Below are positions 48,710 through 51,839 of a stretch of 51,839 nucleotides of DNA, piece after piece. A program made the position numbers and the translations under genes. Under the pieces are notes generated by a model. It did no database searches and was not told the origin of the DNA. It saw nothing but the letters and a program-made list of their open reading frames with translations. Each line of letters starts with the position of its first letter. The stretch's first letter is position 1. The DNA lies in the NCBI GenBank assembly GCA_964427515.1, contig CAYRUX010000011.1, positions 1-51,839 on the forward strand, given 5' to 3'. The stretch comes from an uncultured Rhizobiaceae bacterium (lineage in GTDB: Bacteria > Pseudomonadota > Alphaproteobacteria > UBA828).

Positions 48710-50401
48710 ATGTCTACGAGCGGCTTCATGAAATTACTAGATAAGCCTATTTTTTTTATTAAGGAATTGATCGATCTTTCGGGTTGGTGGGTTGTTATTG
48801 TTGGCGCACTGGGAGTATTTGCTGGTATAGGCGTTGGTCTTATTGAGATAGCATTCAGTCTTAGTCTTGAACAATTCCTCTCATCATATAATTTAGTTTC
48901 ACGAGATGAGGGTTTTGAAAGTTGGTTGCCAGAAATTTTTGATCCCTTAGTGCTTGTTCTAGTAATTGGCGTACTTATGACAGGATTTAGGTATCTTGCT
49001 CTTCTATTGCCTCATACAGTTCTTCAATTATTTTTAAGGCGCGTGAGATATCTCGTAAGTCATGAGACATTAAGTGTGAGTGGTGAGGTTTCATTGTTGT
49101 CTGTCGCCAACTGTAACAATATAATGTCTGTTCAAGCGCCTGGGGCAGCTGATTTTTTGAGTGCTATAACAACAGCGCTTATTTCAATAATCAGGTTAAT
49201 TCTTCTGCTTGGCGGGATTTTTGTACTCTCCACAGAGTTGAGTTTAATTTCTATTGCATTAATTTCCGCGTTTGGCTTGCCAACAATCATATTTAGAAAG
49301 TTATTTGTACGTTTATCTAGATTATTTTATAAGTCTGCGGCTGATTATTCGGAAAATCTGGTTAGAAGCGTCCGAAATGTTGTGTTTCTTAAACTCAGTG
49401 GTCAAGTGCAAACTGAGAGAAACAAATTGGATCAGTACACGTCTGATGCTTACAAACACGTTCAACGGTATAACGTTGTTTTCTATGGTAACATGGTATG
49501 GCCCGGTTTATTAAGTGTTTTTGTAGCAGTTCTGATTGTTGTAATTAATTTTGAGTATCAATTTCAGGAGGAGTCTGCACTAATTCCCTTCTTATACTTG
49601 TTGAGCCGTATCGCTTCAGCTCTTAGCGAATTTACGGGAAGCTATGGAAAATACCAGCTTTGCAAGCCAATGACCGCCAATCTAATAAAGTATAACCCAA
49701 TACTATTACGAGAAACAAAACTCGCCAATCAGGAAACAAATAAAGACATTTTGAAACCCAATAAGTTTGTGGCTAAAAATTTGAGCATTGGTCGGGGTGA
49801 GGTACTGTTCGAAGGCATAGATATATTGTTAAAGCAAGGAGACGTTCTTTTAATTAATGGGAGGTCAGGTTCGGGTAAGACTACATTTTTGTATACAATC
49901 CTTGGACTAATACGTCCTATTGAAGGACAGGTATTATGGAATAATGTAGATATTATAAACATAAATCAAAAGATGTTTAGTGCCCATGTTTCTTATTCCG
50001 GATCAGATCCCTACTTGTTTGACGGAACAATTGAGGAAAATATTCGCCTCGGGACAAATACTGAGACTTACAAATATAAAGATATACAAAAAGCTATGAA
50101 GGTTTCCGAATGTGGGTTTATTGACCAGATTGAGGGTAATTTAGCTTATTTTTTGAAAGAGGGTGGTGAGGGTATTTCGGCTGGGCAGAAACAAAGAATA
50201 TCGTTGGCGAGAGCATTGTTAAAGAAACCAAGGGTACTGTTTTTGGATGAGGCGACCTCTAATGTCGACACAGAAACAGAAAAAAGAATATTTAGTAATA
50301 TGCGTGACATGTACCCAGAAATGATGATTATTTCGATCACGCACCGCGATACAACTGCTGAATTTGCAACTCAAGTGTTAAATATGGATCCTCCAAGTTA
50401 A
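48710..50401 (+). CDS. Fused TMD-NBD ABC exporter (MsbA/PglK-like half transporter)
   Basis: N-terminal multi-helix membrane domain. Walker A GRSGSGKTT, signature ISAGQKQR, Walker B VLFLDEATS, and H-loop ITHR. Confidence 0.85.
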   Translation: MSTSGFMKLLDKPIFFIKELIDLSGWWVVIVGALGVFAGIGVGLIEIAFSLSLEQFLSSYNLVSRDEGFESWLPEIFDPLVLVLVIGVLMTGFRYLALLLPHTVLQLFLRRVRYLVSHETLSVSGEVSLLSVANCNNIMSVQAPGAADFLSAITTALISIIRLILLLGGIFVLSTELSLISIALISAFGLPTIIFRKLFVRLSRLFYKSAADYSENLVRSVRNVVFLKLSGQVQTERNKLDQYTSDAYKHVQRYNVVFYGNMVWPGLLSVFVAVLIVVINFEYQFQEESALIPFLYLLSRIASALSEFTGSYGKYQLCKPMTANLIKYNPILLRETKLANQETNKDILKPNKFVAKNLSIGRGEVLFEGIDILLKQGDVLLINGRSGSGKTTFLYTILGLIRPIEGQVLWNNVDIININQKMFSAHVSYSGSDPYLFDGTIEENIRLGTNTETYKYKDIQKAMKVSECGFIDQIEGNLAYFLKEGGEGISAGQKQRISLARALLKKPRVLFLDEATSNVDTETEKRIFSNMRDMYPEMMIISITHRDTTAEFATQVLNMDPPS

Positions 50402-50711
50402 CGATAATGACTTAACTTTTAGTCTAGAAAATCAATATGGTACAACAAATCATTAAAGAAACCTGACGTCTTTTTGGCGGGAAAGAATTATTTCTTTGGT
50501 TGATCTAAGGCGCTTAACTATCACTCATCGGTATTTAGAACCAAGTGGTTCTATTAGGTGAATTTACTATATTAACGTATACACAAAAGTTTTCGTATAG
50601 CTAGAACGTGATAATATAGCCATGCCCCAATTAGCCATAGAAATATCGAATATAGGTGTATTAATGACCCGAACTTGAAAAAATATTCCCTTGCACTACA
50701 TCTCGGGTAAA

Positions 50712-51656
50712 TTAATTAACATTTAAATTAATTCCATATATTTTATCCAACTTTTCATTATCCGCCGCGTAGAAATTCTTAACCCTTTCGATAGTGAAAG
50801 GGGTCGCCACCGCAGTCATTTCATTAGACTCCGTAAGATAATTTGAGAATTTTTCGGTCAATGTCCGAGGAAAATATTTTGAAAGCCTAGTGTTCGGTAG
50901 AAACCAATTTCTGAGTTTGACGTAGCCGTGTTCACGTACGGTAGCTCTTCTATTTTCATTATAATTAGCCACCTCTGAAATTGATTCATCAATCAATGTG
51001 GTTCCAATAAAATTGCAAAGACGATTTAATATATTATTGGGGTCTTGTTTGAACTCTTCAAAAGAATAAATAAAAATGTCATCTTTGGAGACACTCTTTA
51101 CATACATTGATATCATTGATTGAAAATTGAGGCAGTCTAAAAGAGATTTATAACAATAACGAAAATTTATTTCCATCCACTGATCAAACGTTGGCGCCCA
51201 TTTCATTCTTTCGGTGCCAAAATTATAGATCCGTAGGTGCTCGGAACGGTGAGACACTAAATATAGACTCTTTAACAGCTCCATTTGATTTCGCACACAG
51301 TATATGATTTTGACATTATCAAAAATAGCCTGATACCGATGCAATTTCGTTGCCGGAGTCGGTCCGGTGAATACAGATATACTTTCATCAGAAAACAGAG
51401 CCGTATTAGAGTTATTTTCTCTACACAACTTATTTATCAAGTCTTTAATTGGATTTAACGCCGTATCAAAATCCATATTTTGCGTTTCAATATTTCGAAA
51501 TACTTGTGCCAAATCTTCAGTAAAATATCTGTCATCACTACCCGGTATTATATATTTTCCGAGATACAGTACCTCCCTAAGATTTGGAAAAAAGCGCATT
51601 TGGAGTGTTGAAGTGGCAGTTTTAGGGGCGCCAATATGAAGCACAGCATCTACCAT
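50712..51656 (-). CDS. PAPS-dependent sulfotransferase family protein
   Basis: 5'-PSB-like loop HIGAPKTATSTLQ and a 3'-PB-like CVRNQMELLKSLY. I prefer ATG 51656 (GGAGAG Shine-Dalgarno 7 nt upstream) to the track's TTG 51680. Confidence 0.75.
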   Translation of the reverse strand: MVDAVLHIGAPKTATSTLQMRFFPNLREVLYLGKYIIPGSDDRYFTEDLAQVFRNIETQNMDFDTALNPIKDLINKLCRENNSNTALFSDESISVFTGPTPATKLHRYQAIFDNVKIIYCVRNQMELLKSLYLVSHRSEHLRIYNFGTERMKWAPTFDQWMEINFRYCYKSLLDCLNFQSMISMYVKSVSKDDIFIYSFEEFKQDPNNILNRLCNFIGTTLIDESISEVANYNENRRATVREHGYVKLRNWFLPNTRLSKYFPRTLTEKFSNYLTESNEMTAVATPFTIERVKNFYAADNEKLDKIYGINLNVN

Positions 51657-51839
51657 CTGCAACTCTCCTCTGCGAAACAATCTATCCTAAAGTTCTACCG
51701 GTCAAAATCATTATAAGTGCCATTTCTTGAGTCCATGGTCTGGTTCGATAACCACTGGGATGGCGAATTATTTATATGGTCGTTCCTTTGGACGTCAACC
51801 GAAAAGAAATAAGTATTTAATATCAATGGATTAGACTCT

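Noticed and set aside
50402-50711. 310-bp convergent spacer between the ABC exporter and the sulfotransferase, checked for tRNA, sRNA or terminator structures
   Set aside because: It holds only short weak inverted repeats (e.g. AGAACC-AAGT-GGTTCT near 50540). There is no tRNA-like cloverleaf and no strong terminator I could verify by eye.
1-51839. Search for CRISPR arrays, IS/transposase genes, integrases, prophage or defence-system genes, and tRNA/rRNA genes
   Set aside because: No direct-repeat arrays, no transposase- or integrase-like ORFs and no structured RNA genes were seen in any intergenic region. The accessory signal in this window is the polysaccharide locus only.

Overview
The window reads as an alphaproteobacterial chromosome segment. 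The markers are a CcrM-type methyltransferase, separate ATP synthase b and b' subunits in an F0-only atpI-B-E-F'-F operon, a ctaB-ctaG-ctaE-DUF983-SURF1 cluster, and DUF721/DciA next to mutY. Overall GC looks roughly low-40s percent by eye. Positions 1-37.6 kb are densely packed housekeeping genes: cytochrome oxidase assembly, M32 carboxypeptidase, thrC, an M16 peptidase, thrB-rnhA, a tandem glycine riboswitch driving gcvT-gcvH-gcvP, F0 ATP synthase, smc, a DsbA-like protein, mutY, ccrM, rnhB, moaB, an Slt-type transglycosylase, a family-4 UDG, ETF-QO and ispE. One poorly understood divergent module sits among them: a radical SAM gene opposite a GT2 (TIGR04283-like) and DUF2064 (TIGR04282-like) pair. 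From about 37.7 kb to the window end the content switches to an accessory-looking surface-polysaccharide locus. It holds a TviB/TviC-like sugar dehydrogenase and epimerase, a very large multi-SLBB outer-membrane export (OPX) protein, a kinase-less Wzz-like co-polymerase, a translationally coupled formyltransferase/NodB-deacetylase pair, a fused ABC exporter and a sulfotransferase. The most interesting candidate is an unrecognised 678-aa secreted protein with three glycine-motif repeats, divergent from the OPX gene. I found no tRNA/rRNA genes, CRISPR arrays, IS elements or integrases. All calls rest on reading the translated ORFs and the DNA by eye; no database search was run.
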